64,000 nucleotides of DNA from Eledone cirrhosa (taxonomy: Eukaryota), in NCBI GenBank assembly GCA_964016885.1, contig OZ024742.1, positions 316,944,001 to 317,008,000 on the forward strand, written 5' to 3'. Position numbers and translations under genes: made by a program. The first letter of the stretch is position 1. Each line of letters starts with the position of its first letter. Below the pieces are notes generated by a model, which worked only from the letters and a program-made list of their open reading frames with translations, was not told where the DNA came from and ran no database searches. This document shows, piece after piece, positions 27,201 to 42,260 of the stretch.

Positions 27201-30200
27201 AGTATGGTGCCATTTTTAAAAGAAAAGTTTAGAAGGAATGCCATATCAATAACCAAACTATGTTATTGATTGTTACAGTAGTGAAACATAAAATGGTTTA
27301 CGACAAAATGGTTCATGGTACGAATATTATTTGATAATTTCGGCAAATAACTTCTCCCATGCTTCAACTTTCTTGGAGATTATTGGCGCAGCATAATCTT
27401 TAAAATTCCTTTTAAAGTAGTGGTCAGAAAATCCCTAGGTAAATGTAAATAATGTACACTTGTTATCTTCAATATTTTCAGAAAATATATTTCGATTAGA
27501 CGCTTACCGCATTAATAATCGTTGATTTCAAATAGCCACTCAATCTAAATCTCATTAAAAGGGATAAAAGAATTAACTAAATATGATATATAAACTGAAT
27601 CAGCCGGAATTATTCATCACCTTTGGAATTACTTTCACATTCTGAAAATTCATGTCTGATTTTTTGTTAACAAAATAGCTGGCAGAAAGAACTATCTTAA
27701 AAGATCAAAAGTTGTCAACAATTTAAAAATATTTTTAATATTTAGCATCCATCTTGGTAGTCTATGATAAGCGTCGTATCATATCATACATTTGAGAATA
27801 CGTTTAAGATACTATTTTTTAATTTTGACACAAGGCCAGCATTTTAGTTTATAAAAACAGAAATATATAAAATACAATGATATTATACTCTGTTACGTGA
27901 CTCTTAACCCTCGATTTCAGTGAGATAGTAGTGTGAACTTAACTCTTTGATAACAACGTTATGTCAAAGCTATATGAACAACATGTGTCAAAGATGAAAC
28001 ATCTACAAGGCAGCATGATCAGCTAAAAGTAAAACTGAAATATGTTTAAAAGCAGACCCCACGCAGGATAAAATTGTCCAAGTATTATATTTGGATAAAA
28101 ATACATCTGTAATGCCTTTTATTATAGATCTGCGCAATACTAATGATGTGATGTAAAGGTACTGTTTGTCTTCCATTATACAAAGATATGTATTAAGATA
28201 TGCCTAATATAACATACCCTTCAGGTCATTTGACTTGGGGGAGATTGACGTCACACTAGTAGAGTACATCGATATCGTGATCTAGTTTTCCACCACGTCT
28301 TCTATCCTTTTGGGACACATTTCGTAGTTTTTATCCTGATTTCAGTCTTCTGGTGAGCGACATGTGTTATTTATAACTACACCGAATTGCTTAATACGTA
28401 CTATCTATGTTGTTACAAGTGTATTTCTCAGTTGGTGATCGGCTCACCATTGTATTGTCATGTTCTTGATTTCTGGCAACCCGCTGTGGGTTTGAACAAG
28501 ACGATTTTCCAGACTGCATCAATCCACTAAGCTGAGGAAAATGGTTTGTGCCTGTAGTTGATAGTGTCCGCCTTTTCGCACATTCTGAGAACCTTATTGA
28601 GAACAACATTCATGGAGAACCATATTGAGAACCACATTAATAATGCACTTGTCTGTAGAATGCTCGGTCATTTCACGTTGCTGCATTGTTCGAAAAACTG
28701 AAACAATTATTCTCGGAAGGAACGGGTGTCCAACTAACCCAAGAATCGTTAATTAATGATGTGAAAACTTTATGGATTCACATGGCAAATTAACCATGAT
28801 TCCTTTCCTTTCTGTCAATAGAAATAATAATTTGCTTCGTGCATTTTCAAACATTTGTGCTTATTGTAAGACGTGTTTCATTTATTTGAATATTTGAATG
28901 AGACGTAGTCTGTCAGGTATGAAACGTTACTTCTGCTACTAAATTGGAACAGGCGTATAAAATTCAACAGGATTGGTGTGGAATTTGAGTAGCTAAGTGT
29001 CTTGGCAATGTTAGGTGTATTACTTGCAGCGGCCGTGTGCATTGGTGTGCATCAATCTATATCCGTTATAGCCAGCTCAGTTGGTCGTCCAATCTTCTGT
29101 TCTAATGCCGGTGATTGCACTACATCAGTAAATTATATTTTGGGTTGGGTGAGCAGCTGTTGAACGTTGTGTCGTGTTCAGGCAAGTGTGTGTGCATCTG
29201 TCATTAGGACGTTTCTCTTTACTAATGATAACCTGTAGAGAATCGCGTCCTCGGTGTACTTTTCTATAGTTTGAACCTCATCTCCCGCACTATGATGTTT
29301 ATATGGAATATTCAGATGATTTAATGTAATTCTGGTGGAGATTGAGGTGAACAGGCGGCATTTACTCAATGTCGGTAGCTAGGTTTTAGATAGAAATTAG
29401 AGCATTGAAACTATATCATTTACGCTTCCAGTATATTATTGTATTTATATCTGACCTGTAATCGGGCTTTCTTTTGAAGATAATTTTAATTGAATTTAAT
29501 TTGTGTTTTTTTTTATTTCTTTATTTCTATTTTTGTTGTCAGGGAGGGTAGCGTCGATGGACGTAGAGATGTTGTCGCCTTAGCAACTCATTTATTAATA
29601 ACTTTCATTTTTCTTTTGGATTGATTTCAAGGGAAAACAGTTGAAATGTTATTACAGCCGTCTTGTTGCACATTTCATAATGCTATCTATCTAGTAATTG
29701 AAAAGCAGCGACTTGACAATTGCATAACAATGAGTAATTCTCTTTTCCCATCTCTATTTGTGCCTTTAATCTACGGAATCTATAGCGTTACAACATATCT
29801 GCAAAGAAATGCTTATGCAGAAATTGTTCATACATACTTCATATCGTGAGAAATGACCGAATATCTTCCAGGTGTCAATTTCGTTTCGAAGTTTTGTTAT
29901 TATCATAATACGTCATTATTTGTCTTTTGAATATTTATTTATTTATCTTTACAACATATACTATGTAACGATATAGATACACAGTTTTAAAGATAAGTGT
30001 GAAATGCAAAATGCAATGCTTATTTATTTTGTTGCGCGCAAAATAAAGAGAACATACGAGAATCGTTTTCCAATCAGAAAGTTTTCTCTATGATGTATTG
30101 CACCAAACAATTCGCTTTAAAAACAAAAATTAACACCTAATAGTAGTCTTTAATATTTTGCGTCATGAAAAGCTTACTATTATTACAAAGCTTAATATTA

Positions 30201-31361
30201 TTACAATTGATTTTGTGGCCGTAATATATAACTACTGATAAAACCAGATATTAATACAGAGTTTAGACAAATAAACGAAAATAAATGTTAAAAGCCTCAG
30301 AGGAAAGGAAAGTAGATCGGAAAGCTATGATTGTGATCGGAAGGACATAAACGAATAAACTGGAAAATTATGAAAAACCGGGATAATTAAATAGAAAGTT
30401 CATTTCTTTTCATCATTTAATATATTCAATCTTATTTTTTTGCAATACTTGCAAACGACTGAGGATATATGTCGATGTCGAAATACATTTTCAGTCCAGT
30501 GTCTACAGTTAACTAAGGTTTATGGCTTGAAGAAGAAAAAAAGCAATGTATCATTAGATAAGTATTTTGCATGTGTGTAAGGGACTCAATTATGACTAGG
30601 TATTTGCGATTAATGAATAGAGATTTGAGAACATAGCAGACGCATTCCTTGTAATAATGTACATGTGTTCATAGAGCGTACATATATTAAATGAATGAAC
30701 ACAGAACAGGTGTTTTTGCAGAAGAAAAAGTGAAAGTGGCTTCGCCGTTTCGGCGATGGCACCTGTTCAGACAGCCAATGGTTCAAAATGTCTCTATCGC
30801 TGAAATCCCCCAAAACGATCTGCGAATATTTCACACTATTTTCATCGAAGTAATTTGGAAAAGTATAAATATCCCATATCTTCCCTGACGATTTCAATCT
30901 ACTTAATCTAAAATAACAATATCTGCAAACATAAAAATTTCTTCTCTGCTAGGTTATCACCCATTAACAAGTTAAGTCTGTAAGAGAAGAGAATTTTTAA
31001 AAAGTGTTCTAATTTTCGTAAACTCAATGTTATCCACAAGGCAAATCTAAATAAATAAAATAAAATGAATATCTTTATCTTATGATTTTATCCGTTTTAT
31101 TTTGGGTTGGTGAAGCGACTTGAAAATGAATTGAAAATGGATTCTGCAGGCTTGTGGATTCCGAAGAAATAGATTTCAATAAATTGGAAAAACATCTCTA
31201 AGATTATAAAACTCACAGTAGCATAAATAATGAAAAAAATATCGATTTCCAGTTTAAATACGAGTCAGTAGAACGTCATTAAACAGTTATCAAATACTGA
31301 CATAAGAGCAATATATTTTCAGCACTTCGAGCGGAATTCATTAGAGGAACATAAAGTATTG

Positions 31362-31442
<81 letters not shown>

Positions 31443-32056
31443 AATATATATATATATATAGAGAGAGGGGGGGGGGGATACACGTAAACACTCATATATA
31501 CACTTTTGTATGTTGTTGTTCAAAAAGCTGTTTCATATAATCTATTTTTATTAGTAGCTACAACTGAAGTGATGTAAATGCCAGCCACGTTAGCGACTTC
31601 ATTTCGATTTCTAGTTTTAGTAATCCCACTGTTGAAGAATTAATGTTGTTTTTTAGCTTCATAAGAATAAATATTACCGGCATCAACTCTCTTGTCGATC
31701 TGAAATCATTCAACCAAGTTTAACATTTATATATGTTTATGGTGGGTATTGTAGAGAAAACGCAAAAAATTCAAAACAGTACTTTGCCGTTTTTGTTTTC
31801 AGTTGAAGAATATTAACTCCTTATCATTCACATTAGACTCCGCCTAAATTTTCCACCTGGTTTTGCCTATTCAAAAAGGAAACCGTATCTTTTATTAGCG
31901 GTAATAAGACGGGTGTATTGTGAAACTTAATTCGTAGTTTATACTATGTTAAATTTTGTGAAATTATTATTTAGCCAACAAATGATTCAAAGAAGTGATC
32001 GCACACTTTGCAAGAGATAGTTGGGAAGTCATGTTACCTGCTAGCTTGGAGACTCA

Positions 32057-32533
<477 letters not shown>

Positions 32534-32890
32534 GGTGTCTCCCTTCGATATCCGACGTACGAGTGTCCAACAAAACTTCAGCTCTCTGGATGGTGGTGTC
32601 TCATATGAGCTAGAGACTTCCAGTAGTATCCTCTACCCATCCCCGTCACTATCACCCCTACGGACACCGCCTGCAAAAGCCTCGCGGAAATGTGAGAAAG
32701 TGAACTGATGTTGAACAACCCACACAAAGTTTTGTTTTAAGTGGTGAAGGCTTCTGTAGGACCAACCACACTTTTTGGAACTGACGATAAATATCTTCGG
32801 TGCAAATGTTTGCCACGGAAAATACAACGACAGCCCTCAGCTTTAACCTTTCGGAGTTTAACCTTTCTGTATAAGAAAAAAACACACATA

Positions 32891-32964
<74 letters not shown>

Positions 32965-32969
<5 letters not shown>

Positions 32970-33165
32970 AAAATAATAAATTTGAAGACTAAAATCCAAA
33001 GAGGGCTCGATAAGGATAAATATATATCAAATATATAAGAACCGTAGAGCAAATATTTATCAAAATAACAGATTAAAGATTAAGCAAAGAATCGCTGCTT
33101 TCACCCTTAACGGGATCTTCTGAAACTCCCGTTAAGGGTGAAAGCAGCGATTCTTTGCTTAATAT
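32965..33165 (-). mobile_element. Short fold-back element with a hammerhead-like core
   Basis: Hairpin 33080-33162; CAGAAGA-TCCCGTTAAGGGT-GAAAG; sister copy (inverse) at ~46325-46490. Confidence 0.6.
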
Positions 33166-33680
33166 TTTACTCTTGATTGGCCAGAGGTGTTTATTTCCAG
33201 GTACCTTATAAATTTGACTTTCCATATTTATTACTGTTGTGCGATATTGTGGTTTTTATTGGTTGTAACTTCTCTGCTTTTTAGCCTAAGAAAATATATA
33301 TATGCCTATGTATATAATTACATGCATACATTTATTTTTTTAAATTAATTGAGTTCTTTACACGAGGAATTGATATTAGTTTTGAAATAACTAATTAACC
33401 CGCGTGTGTTTTATATTTTACTCTTAATTCGGCCGGAGATTTACATTCCCATTTGCCCTTTAAAGCATAACTTTCCGTATTTACTACGGTTACGAGATGC
33501 GGTCTCTTATTCAGGTACAACTTCTGATTTAGCCTAAGAAAATATCTATATGCGTGTGTAATTTATACACGCATATATTTATTTTTTTAATTTCAATTGA
33601 GTTCTTAACACGTTGGATTGATAATGTTTTCGAAAAAACTGATTAACCCGCGTGTATATTATTATTTTTTTCCTCATTTC
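33165..33680. repeat. Diverged ~250-bp tandem duplication
   Basis: TTTTACTCTT, TTTAGCCTAAGAAAATAT and ATTAACCCGCGTGT each occur twice about 250 bp apart. Confidence 0.7.
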
Positions 33681-34163
33681 GTGGATCGTACTTGTCTCCC
33701 ATTCCCGCTTAGTGACGCTATAATACTTCCTCAGTCAAAAACTGCTGGAATTTCAAATTTGCCGGTCACTCGATGCGGGAGGGAGCAACTTAACAGACAC
33801 GATTTTTAACTGCGGTAAGAACATTTTTTTTTTTAATTATTATATCAAAGTTTAATGGGCTTCCACTGATGATTTATAAGTGCCCACCTAAATATATTCT
33901 TACATGAATGTATATTAGGCTTCTACATAAACTGGAAATATTCTCCGAATTTGTAGAAAACTTATAATGAAACAATTGTTTGGAAAGAGAGATATATTTT
34001 AACTTTAATTATATCTCATAAAATAATACAACTGGCTTTTCCACATAATACATATTGTTAGCACCCCAAACACTTAAATTGGGTTTATATTAAAATATAC
34101 CTAATGTTTGTTGAGTGAGATGGTTACCAGTCAGAGATTAGCTAAACTATCTCTGTTATTGTA

Positions 34164-34219
<56 letters not shown>

Positions 34220-34304
34220 AGGAGGTGAGTTTTATTGTAGTACAATAAAGCAATGCAGATATCGGATAAGAAGCACTCTACAGTTTGTAGGACTGGAGTA
34301 TACA

Positions 34305-34632
34305 TAATATATAAGAACAAAAGCTGGTTAAAAGAGTTCCATGTATTTTATTATGCGCATTTCAAAAACAAATATCATCATGCAATAATATTTGTGTGTT
34401 CATCAGATAAAACAGGAGGACATGATATGAAGGTTAAAAAACACTTGTGGATAGTGCAGTTTTAAATCAACATATGTTGATTTAAAACTGAACTATCCAC
34501 AAGTGTTTTTTAACCTTCATATCATGTTCTCCTGTTTTATCTGATGAAAACACAAATATTATTGCATGATGATATTTGTTTTTAAAATGGCGCATAATAA
34601 AATACATGGAACTCTTTTAACCAGCTTTTGTT

Positions 34633-34640
<8 letters not shown>
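34305..34640. repeat. ~335-bp near-perfect palindrome ending in (TA)n
   Basis: Centre AAATCAACATATGTTGATTT near 34473; arms of ~165 bp. Confidence 0.85.
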
Positions 34641-34671
<31 letters not shown>

Positions 34672-35049
34672 GCTTCGTCCTCGAGGACGCACCCTAATTT
34701 TGACAACCAAAAATTTGAAAAAATATAATAAACAACCATCGGCCTCCAGGACGCATGGTAGATTTTTCAGATTTATTTTAGGAAAAGAGTAGCGTCTTCC
34801 AACCCGTGAAATATATATATACCGTATATATCTCTATCATTTGATAATGCATAAAAATGGTGAAACCGGTAATAGAATAGATAAATAAATGTCATTGTGA
34901 AATAATAAATAAATCAACCAATACCTTAACACTTCACACAAAGTAAAACATTTCGTTTTAACCTTTTTCTAACCCAGAAAAAAGAGGGAGAGAAATAAAA
35001 AAGGAAAAAAAAATATTTTTCTTCCTAATAATCGTCTCTTTCTCCCTGT

Positions 35050-35108
<59 letters not shown>

Positions 35109-35648
35109 AATATAATCAAGATTATCCATGCAATTATTGCGCTTCATTAATCATCTTGGGTATGTTTGCCAAATTGTCCATGGCACTTTGAGTTATTCAT
35201 TTGTTTTGAGATGGAAGACAGTAGTTCACCCCTAATTCTAGTGTGAGAAGTTATAATATTAGTAGCGGTAGGAGATGATGACAGTAGTAATGATTGGTGG
35301 CTTTGAGTATTCTGAGAAAGTAGTAAACGTGAATAGCCGGATTCTGAAGAAAATGTGTTGAATCTGAACGGGTCGTTTTGCGGTAATATTGCAGAGTAGT
35401 TGTGGAGTAATTATGGCTGCTAGTGTTGTTGTGGCTGCTTCTCTGGTTGAACTATATTTGAAGAAAATAGATGGCGAAGTGTTTATACATATTGGTGAGC
35501 TAAATATTTATTTATATCATAAAAACGACAGAGTGAGGATTTTGCTCAATGTCTAAAATTCTATTCCTCTTTCATATATTTCCCTATGTATGTATGTATG
35601 TATGTATGTATGTATGTATGTATGTATGTATGTATGTATGTATGTATG

Positions 35649-36314
35649 TCTCTCTTTTTCTTAATTTGGAGTACATTTTTGACCGGCCACCTTCCTGGTG
35701 GCAAGGTTGTAAAAGAAAATAAATTATCATCCCTTCAATCGCAAGAATGTTTTGCAAATTTTGAAGGTGCCAGATATCGCAGCCATTTGTAGTCTATGAA
35801 TTAGAGAGTTACGTTCTTTGCCCACAGATCCTAGTTCAGTTATATTTTGGTCCAAGCGGGTTGGTATATAACCTGTAGCTCCAATAATGATGGGTATGAA
35901 ACTGAAAGTGTATCTTGGATACTGGACCTGCAAACTCCTCATCAATGGTTCGTAGATATCCTCCTTCTCATGTATGTTTCTTACAACGTTGACATCAATT
36001 GGGCAGTTGATCTCTACAACAGAGCATGTTTTCAATGTGTGGTCCCAAACAACAATATAAAGCCGGTTGTGCTTTAATTTGGTGGCAGTTTTGATTTTCA
36101 GGTTCCACCAGTATTCTTTAGTACCATCTATCTCAACATAGACCTCCTCATTTTTTTTTTTTTCCTAAGTGCGCACCAGATGGTTCTAGCTATCACATCA
36201 TGTCTCATAGGCAGATAGTAGCGAGACAACATTCTTTCGCAATTGGCAACGATGTGGCTAACATCTTCGATCTTTGTTTTACAAAGCCTACATTTATCGT
36301 CAACTCTATGTTTG
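35649..36314 (-). mobile_element. R4/Dong-type RLE retrotransposon 3' end (second family)
   Basis: [15 protein letters not shown] (CCHC), RHD, WWNL, VVWD..C.VVEINCP..EKEDIY..PIIIGATG; frameshift at a poly-A run; (CATA)n at both junctions. Confidence 0.85.
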
Positions 36315-36334
36315 TACGTATGTATGTACGCATG

Positions 36335-36365
<31 letters not shown>

Positions 36366-36405
36366 ATGTGTGTAGATGTGTATGTACCTCTATTTTGTTC
36401 ATGTA

Positions 36406-36449
<44 letters not shown>

Positions 36450-36452
<3 letters not shown>

Positions 36453-36628
36453 CGAAGGAAATGTGGTAAGGAACCAGGTGGACCATAACGCACCAAAGTA
36501 CTCAATACTTGAGGTAGTAGAGTGGGTAATAGGAACCAGTAAGACCCCGACAGCTGAGCTCAAGCCGTTTCGACGGCTAATTCGTCGAAACGGCTTGAGC
36601 TCAGCTGTCGGGGTCTTACTGGTTCCTA
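36450..36628 (-). mobile_element. Short fold-back element, family A
   Basis: Hairpin 36530-36628; GAAACGGCT-TGAGCTC-AGCTGTC stem III plus GTC triplet. Confidence 0.75.
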
Positions 36629-36922
36629 TATATATATATATATATATATATGAACGCCCAAGGGTAAAGATGAACTACTGCAAAATTTTGATTATAATTT
36701 CTAATGCAGTTTACTAGTAAATAAATTACAATTTCTTCTTATCGTTTAATTATTATTGCCATCTCAATTATTGAACTGCAATCTTTCATCACTTTGATTC
36801 TTACTACCAGATATTTGGAGGAAGGAGAGAATAGATTATTTTCCATCACCGTACATTCTTTCTTTATTTTCATTTTTTTTCTTTCACTTGAATTTTTATT
36901 TTCCCTTTCAAATTCACTTTTG

Positions 36923-37090
36923 ATAATTTATTTTGAGTTAGATATTGCGAAATGTTACTCTTTTAATAATTTATTTTGAGTTAGATATTGCGAAATGTTA
37001 CTCTTTTAATAATTTATTTTGAGTTAGATATTGCGAAATTTTACTCTTTTGATAATTTATTTTGAGTTAGATATTGTGAAATGTTACTCT
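36923..37090. repeat. 43-bp minisatellite, about 4 copies
   Basis: Unit ATAATTTATTTTGAGTTAGATATTGCGAAATGTTACTCTTTTA. Confidence 0.9.
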
Positions 37091-37499
37091 ATGTACTTAA
37101 AATTAGAGAAAGGATACATTTCTTCTTCTGACAATGAGAGACAATTTCTATTTAATTATATGAAGGTTATCGATTAAGGACCTCAAAGTAAAGGTGATAA
37201 AACGACTTTAGATATTCTATTATTTCCCATACTGGAATACTTCATCAAAATCACGAACGAATAAGAAAAACATGTAGTGATAAAACAAGATGTAGATAGA
37301 AGAAAAAGTTTCTAAATATCTCTCCTCTGTAGATGGGAATTATATCCTATCCTCTGCTATCCAGTGAGACGCCTCGCTGATTCCATACGTCGGCTCCATT
37401 CGCCTTGGACATTAATGATGGTTTTCTAAATTGCAAAATGTAAGAACATCAGGCATAAAGATAAAATATTAGAATTGTCAAACTTCAAAAAATGTAAAC

Positions 37500-38230
37500 T
37501 TAATGTACTTAGAGTAGTCGAACACAAAATTGTTCACAGAGAAGATCCAATATTGGTTGTGAGTCTTGATAACTGCTCTTTAATAATAAAAAAAAGCCTG
37601 GTGAACCGCAAATAGAGAAAGAGTAGTAAGGAGTTTACATTTTAATTGACAGGAAATTAGAGAACGCGCTCATCGAAATTAAGCCCGTGAATATCAGAAT
37701 ATTGACAGTTAGTTTTAATGACAATATAAACACAACAATAGTCGTTAGCCATGTCACTGTTGAGAGTAGCAATGAAGCAGTGAAATATCAAAACGCCGTT
37801 AATCATTGGATGTTTGAATTTCAATGATCATCTCGGGGGAAATTCAGTTCGATATTAATTCCTTGTAGAAACCAACAGAATGGTAAGTTTCTGCTGGATC
37901 ATGCATCAAATTGTAATCTGCACATCACAAATACACTTTTTAAAAAGAAAGAAAGGGCAACAATGTCATGAATGGTCATAAATCCTAAATTCACTTTATA
38001 CTCAGTACACAACGTTTGACGTCGGTTCGCATAGAAGCAGACAACAATTTTAGTAGTCTGGGAAGCGATAAAAAACTAGTAATAGCCAAAATACGGCTGA
38101 GTTTAAGAATGATGAACACCCCTGCAAAACGAAAACGTATGATTGGTATGCGTTGAAAAATACAGAAGTTCAAGAGCAATACACAGCCGCTGCGAGAAAC
38201 AGGTTTGCTTAACACTCAGACAACTGCAAT
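37500..38230 (+). pseudogene. Highly degenerate AP-endonuclease domain of an RTE-type LINE
   Basis: Fragments EHKIVHREDP, FNDNINTTIVV, NGKFLLDHA..CNLHITNTLFKK, SLGSDKKLVIAKIRLSLR in the expected order. Confidence 0.6.
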
Positions 38231-39099
38231 GATATAAAGATGAGAAGATAACCAACATTTTTCTCACTTGAATATTTCAACCCACCTATCAATATATATA
38301 TTAATACAATTCATTTGAAATTATTATAAGGTATTGTACCAGGAAACCAGACAAGAAAAAATAAAAGACGTTAACAGAAAAAAAATTTCATGACTCATAC
38401 AAGGAAAATCATCCTTATATTTGATAATTACTTTCTTAGATGAGACAGGAATTCTTGTCGGCTTAGATGGTTATTATAGATATCTAACAACTAAAAGATA
38501 ATGATTTCGGGCGTATTGGTGATTTAAATCTATTTATGAATAAACATAAATTATCTGCAGCCGTCAAGAATATTTGGTAGTAGTGGCTGTGCCTTTCATC
38601 AATATTACGAAGAAATTTTACAAACGTATATGTTTTCCTCTCTTAGATTCCCAAAATCTTGCCATAAAAATAAAGTAGCACAGCATTGTGAGATATGTAA
38701 TACATAACTGATAATTTCCAGAAAGCCGGTACAGTGCGGTAGAAATACATAAAGAGTGAAGGATAACAGATAAAACAAAACAAAGTAACGTTTTACCGAG
38801 TATATTTCAACGTGATATTTCAGGGCTAAAACCCTCTTTTCAAATGTGAAAAGGAAACGTTAAAACATTAATTTGTATTGTTTTATTTGACCTCCTGTGC
38901 CCTTTTTACCGTAATTTTACCGCATTGCACCGGCTTTTTGAAACTTAATAATTTTAAAGACATATCTCACAATGCTTCGTATTAACTCTACAACTTTATT
39001 TTTTATGGCAGATCTAAAACTAAATATGAATTCTAAAACCTTCAAACTATGAAGTGTTTATTTTCGGCAGCTACGTAACAATGGCAATTGTTAGGACCA

Positions 39100-39320
39100 G
39101 CATGGCGGTGGATTGGAGTTTTCATGAGAGCGTTGGGCAATTGCTTTATGGTATTTAGTTATGGATAATTACTTTCTGGGTTCAAATCCTGATGAGGCCA
39201 ACGTTACTTGTCATCCTTCCAAGGACGATATGATAAAGTACCTGTCAAGTTTAGGGGTCGATTTAATTGACTTGTCTCTTGTTACATTACTGGTGTTGTG
39301 ACAAAATTAGAAAGCATTGT
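39100..39320 (+). mobile_element. Diverged tRNA-derived SINE related to the dominant family
   Basis: GGTGGATTGG...GGGTTCAAATCC...TCATCCTT...GATAAAGTACC. Confidence 0.65.
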
Positions 39321-39689
39321 TAAAAGACACGATTTAATCGATTTAATCCAATACAAATATATTTGATTTTGTGTCATTGTTAAAAATGAACATTATAATA
39401 CACATTCTGACAGTATGATTAAAATTTAAAAGTTAACAGATCAATAAATTTTGGTTATGAATAAACGTAAATTCTGTAATTGAGAAACATCTCAATACTA
39501 TAAGTTATCTGAGGGATAGTTTCGGTGGAGAGTCAGATTTGTGGCATTTAGCTAAGACTCTATCATTTGTCCGTGACAGCGTTGTTCTAATATAGAACAA
39601 TGTGTATGTGCCGGATAGCGATACAACCAACAGATATAAGCGGGCTCCTGCCGGACGGATAAGCAGCCCTGAACCAACAGCGGTAAATT

Positions 39690-40296
39690 ATTAGAGGAGA
39701 TAGAGAAATGGCAATCGCGAGTGATAATCCCAATTGGAGAAAAGACAGATTGCTCCAATTATAGAGGGATTTCCTTGTACGACCTCTCCGGCAAAGTATA
39801 TGCTAAGTATCTGGAAAAGTGCTCTAGGGATATTGTCAATTCAAATATAGCTGACGAACAGTGTGGTTTTCACCTCGGATGCAGCTTAGCCGACCAAATA
39901 TTCACACTACGGCAGGTCTTCCATAAATCGTGAGAATATTGTCATGATGTGTATGCTTGTTTCGTAGACTTTGAAAAGGCATATAACCAAAGTCTATGGC
40001 ACCTGTTGTGGAAAGCTCTGTATGAGTATGGGACTGATGTACTGCTTCTTGTTTGAGCCGCTACTTCTCCGAATTGCGAGATCACAGCTCAGATAATATA
40101 GACATGTGGTTAGAATACCTCAGGAAAGAATCGCTAGACATATTTTACCAGCAAAACCAACCAGCAGGAGACCCAGAGGTAGATCCCGAGTAAACTAGTT
40201 GGATAACATCGATGAGCTCGGAAAGTCACGCTTGGTCATCCAGACGGATCAATTAGAGGATCTGCTGGAAGGACTGTTTCAGGACTATGTTCTCAG

Positions 40297-40360
<64 letters not shown>

Positions 40361-40400
40361 AAGAAGAAGAAGAAGAAGAAGAAGAAGAAGAAGAAGATAT
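39690..40400 (+). pseudogene. RTE-clade LINE fragment (RT N-terminal part joined to the 3' end by an internal deletion)
   Basis: VIIPI..DCSNYRGISL..SGKVYAK..EQCGF..DQIFTLRQ..FVDFEKAY, then EPLLLRI.RSQLR..; (GAA)n tail. Confidence 0.8.
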
Positions 40401-41176
40401 CAATTGTTAGGCCTGTTTCCCGATTTGTATTTCACAATTTTGTTATTGTGGCTAATATAGATTGAATACAAAGTTAAAACCAATGAAATATATTATGATA
40501 TTGGTAACAATAACACTGCCAAAATGCATGTCTAAATGGAGAACTATAAATTTTCCAAATAGTTATTTTAAGTTTAAGTGCCATGGTACGTTCGGGTAAA
40601 CTTTTTTTAGAAATAAGTAATATTTCTGAAAGCTACTCAACAGGGCGACATTCACTTGAAGATAATAGAATGCATGTTGTCAAAAACCATTAGGATTTCT
40701 ACCAAACAAAAATGCAATTGAAAATAGAATCACTTCATCAGCTTCACTTGATCGAAGGATTATATAACGAAGTGTTGTATGAATTTTTCAAATACAAGAA
40801 TAAAAGAATATAATCTGTGAAAAATCAACAAACTAATACACCAGAGAATTAAAAAACGAATTTAATCAAACTGAATTCTGCAATGCCGTTATTAATTTAA
40901 TAACGTTAGCTCTGCACACCTGCTCCAATAAGCATCAATGAATGGTCTCAGTTTCCTAATTCGGCTTACACGTTGTTAAATCAGTAAGAGTTCTTCTTGA
41001 TATGTGCAAGCATACAAAGAGATACATCCTCCCTCGTTACAGATAGACGTTAACCCTTCCTCTACTAAATTAGTTCCCCTTCCAATTTTTATTCATATGG
41101 TTGCGTGTGCATGCATGTTAATGCACACATATACACACCACCACGCACAGACACACACATATATGGATATGGATAT

Positions 41177-41228
<52 letters not shown>

Positions 41229-41629
41229 AGTTGACCATGAGAGCTACAGTTTCACACCTGTAATGATTCAGAGAGTTGTAATAGATGAAGATAAGAGGCA
41301 TTAATTGCATTAAATCGCTTTCGGAATAACGGTATTTGAGTTTCACATGTTACCTCCCTAAAATAGTGGAGATGATGACGCTAAAGCTTCATAAGAGGTT
41401 TGTAGCATGCCTCGATATATTATATTCATATGGCAAAATATAGCAATATTGAGTCATCACCATCATTGTGATCACGGTTGAACATTCTTGACAAAGTCTC
41501 TCCACAATTCACTATATTCCATTGCTCCGGGCGGTTTTCTGCTAGCATATGTAGTGTGCATATTGGGATTATACGCAAATATATATGTATATAGATATAT
41601 GTAAATTGAAAAGTAAATTGACAATATCT

Positions 41630-42260
41630 TCTTCTTCGCCCACTAAATTCTGAGAGGGTGTGGCAGTAGAGTCCTTCTCAAACTCTCCTTCCAGCGAGTC
41701 TGTCAAAAGCATATATTTCTAACTAATCCAGCTCGATCCCAAAGCGTGACCATGGATCTTATCCAACCATCTACCTCTGCGTCTCTTGCCGGTTTCTTTT
41801 GCTTGTAAAATCTGTCCAGCGATTCTTTCCTGAGACATTCTAACCACATGCCCATAGTATCGGAACTGGGATCTTTCAATTCGGAGAAGTAGCGACTCTA
41901 CCAGGAGTGACTATCTCTGGGCTATGCACTTTATCGAGTAACGTTACTCCAAAGACTCTTCGGAGGAACCCCATTTCTGCCGCTTGTATTCGCAATTGTA
42001 TTCTTGTATTCTTACGGTCATTACCCAAGATTCATGGCCCTCGGTAAGGGTTGGCAGGAATACCAGGAAGACAGTGAGTTTGGCTTTTACACCTACCTCC
42101 CTTCTTCTGATTACTAAATACTGAGGCTGGCACAGTACTGCATCAGCTTTTGCAATTCTTGCACTTAATTCAGCCTCCTTCTTTCCATCACTCATGAACA
42201 CGGCCCCGAGATACTTGAACTTCTCTACCGGCTTCAGTAGAACTCCATTCACATATATAT
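41630..42260 (-). pseudogene. RTE-clade LINE 3' portion
   Basis: VEKFKYLGAVFMSDGK.EAELSARIAKA...LTEGHESW...LLRIERSQFRYYGHVVRM; GAA tail. Confidence 0.8.

Noticed and set aside
28391-29369. GIY-YIG or RT remnant
   Set aside because: No convincing catalytic motifs were found in any frame read by eye.
36923-37090. CRISPR-like regular repeat
   Set aside because: Head-to-tail 43-bp units with no unique spacers, no cas genes and a eukaryotic context.
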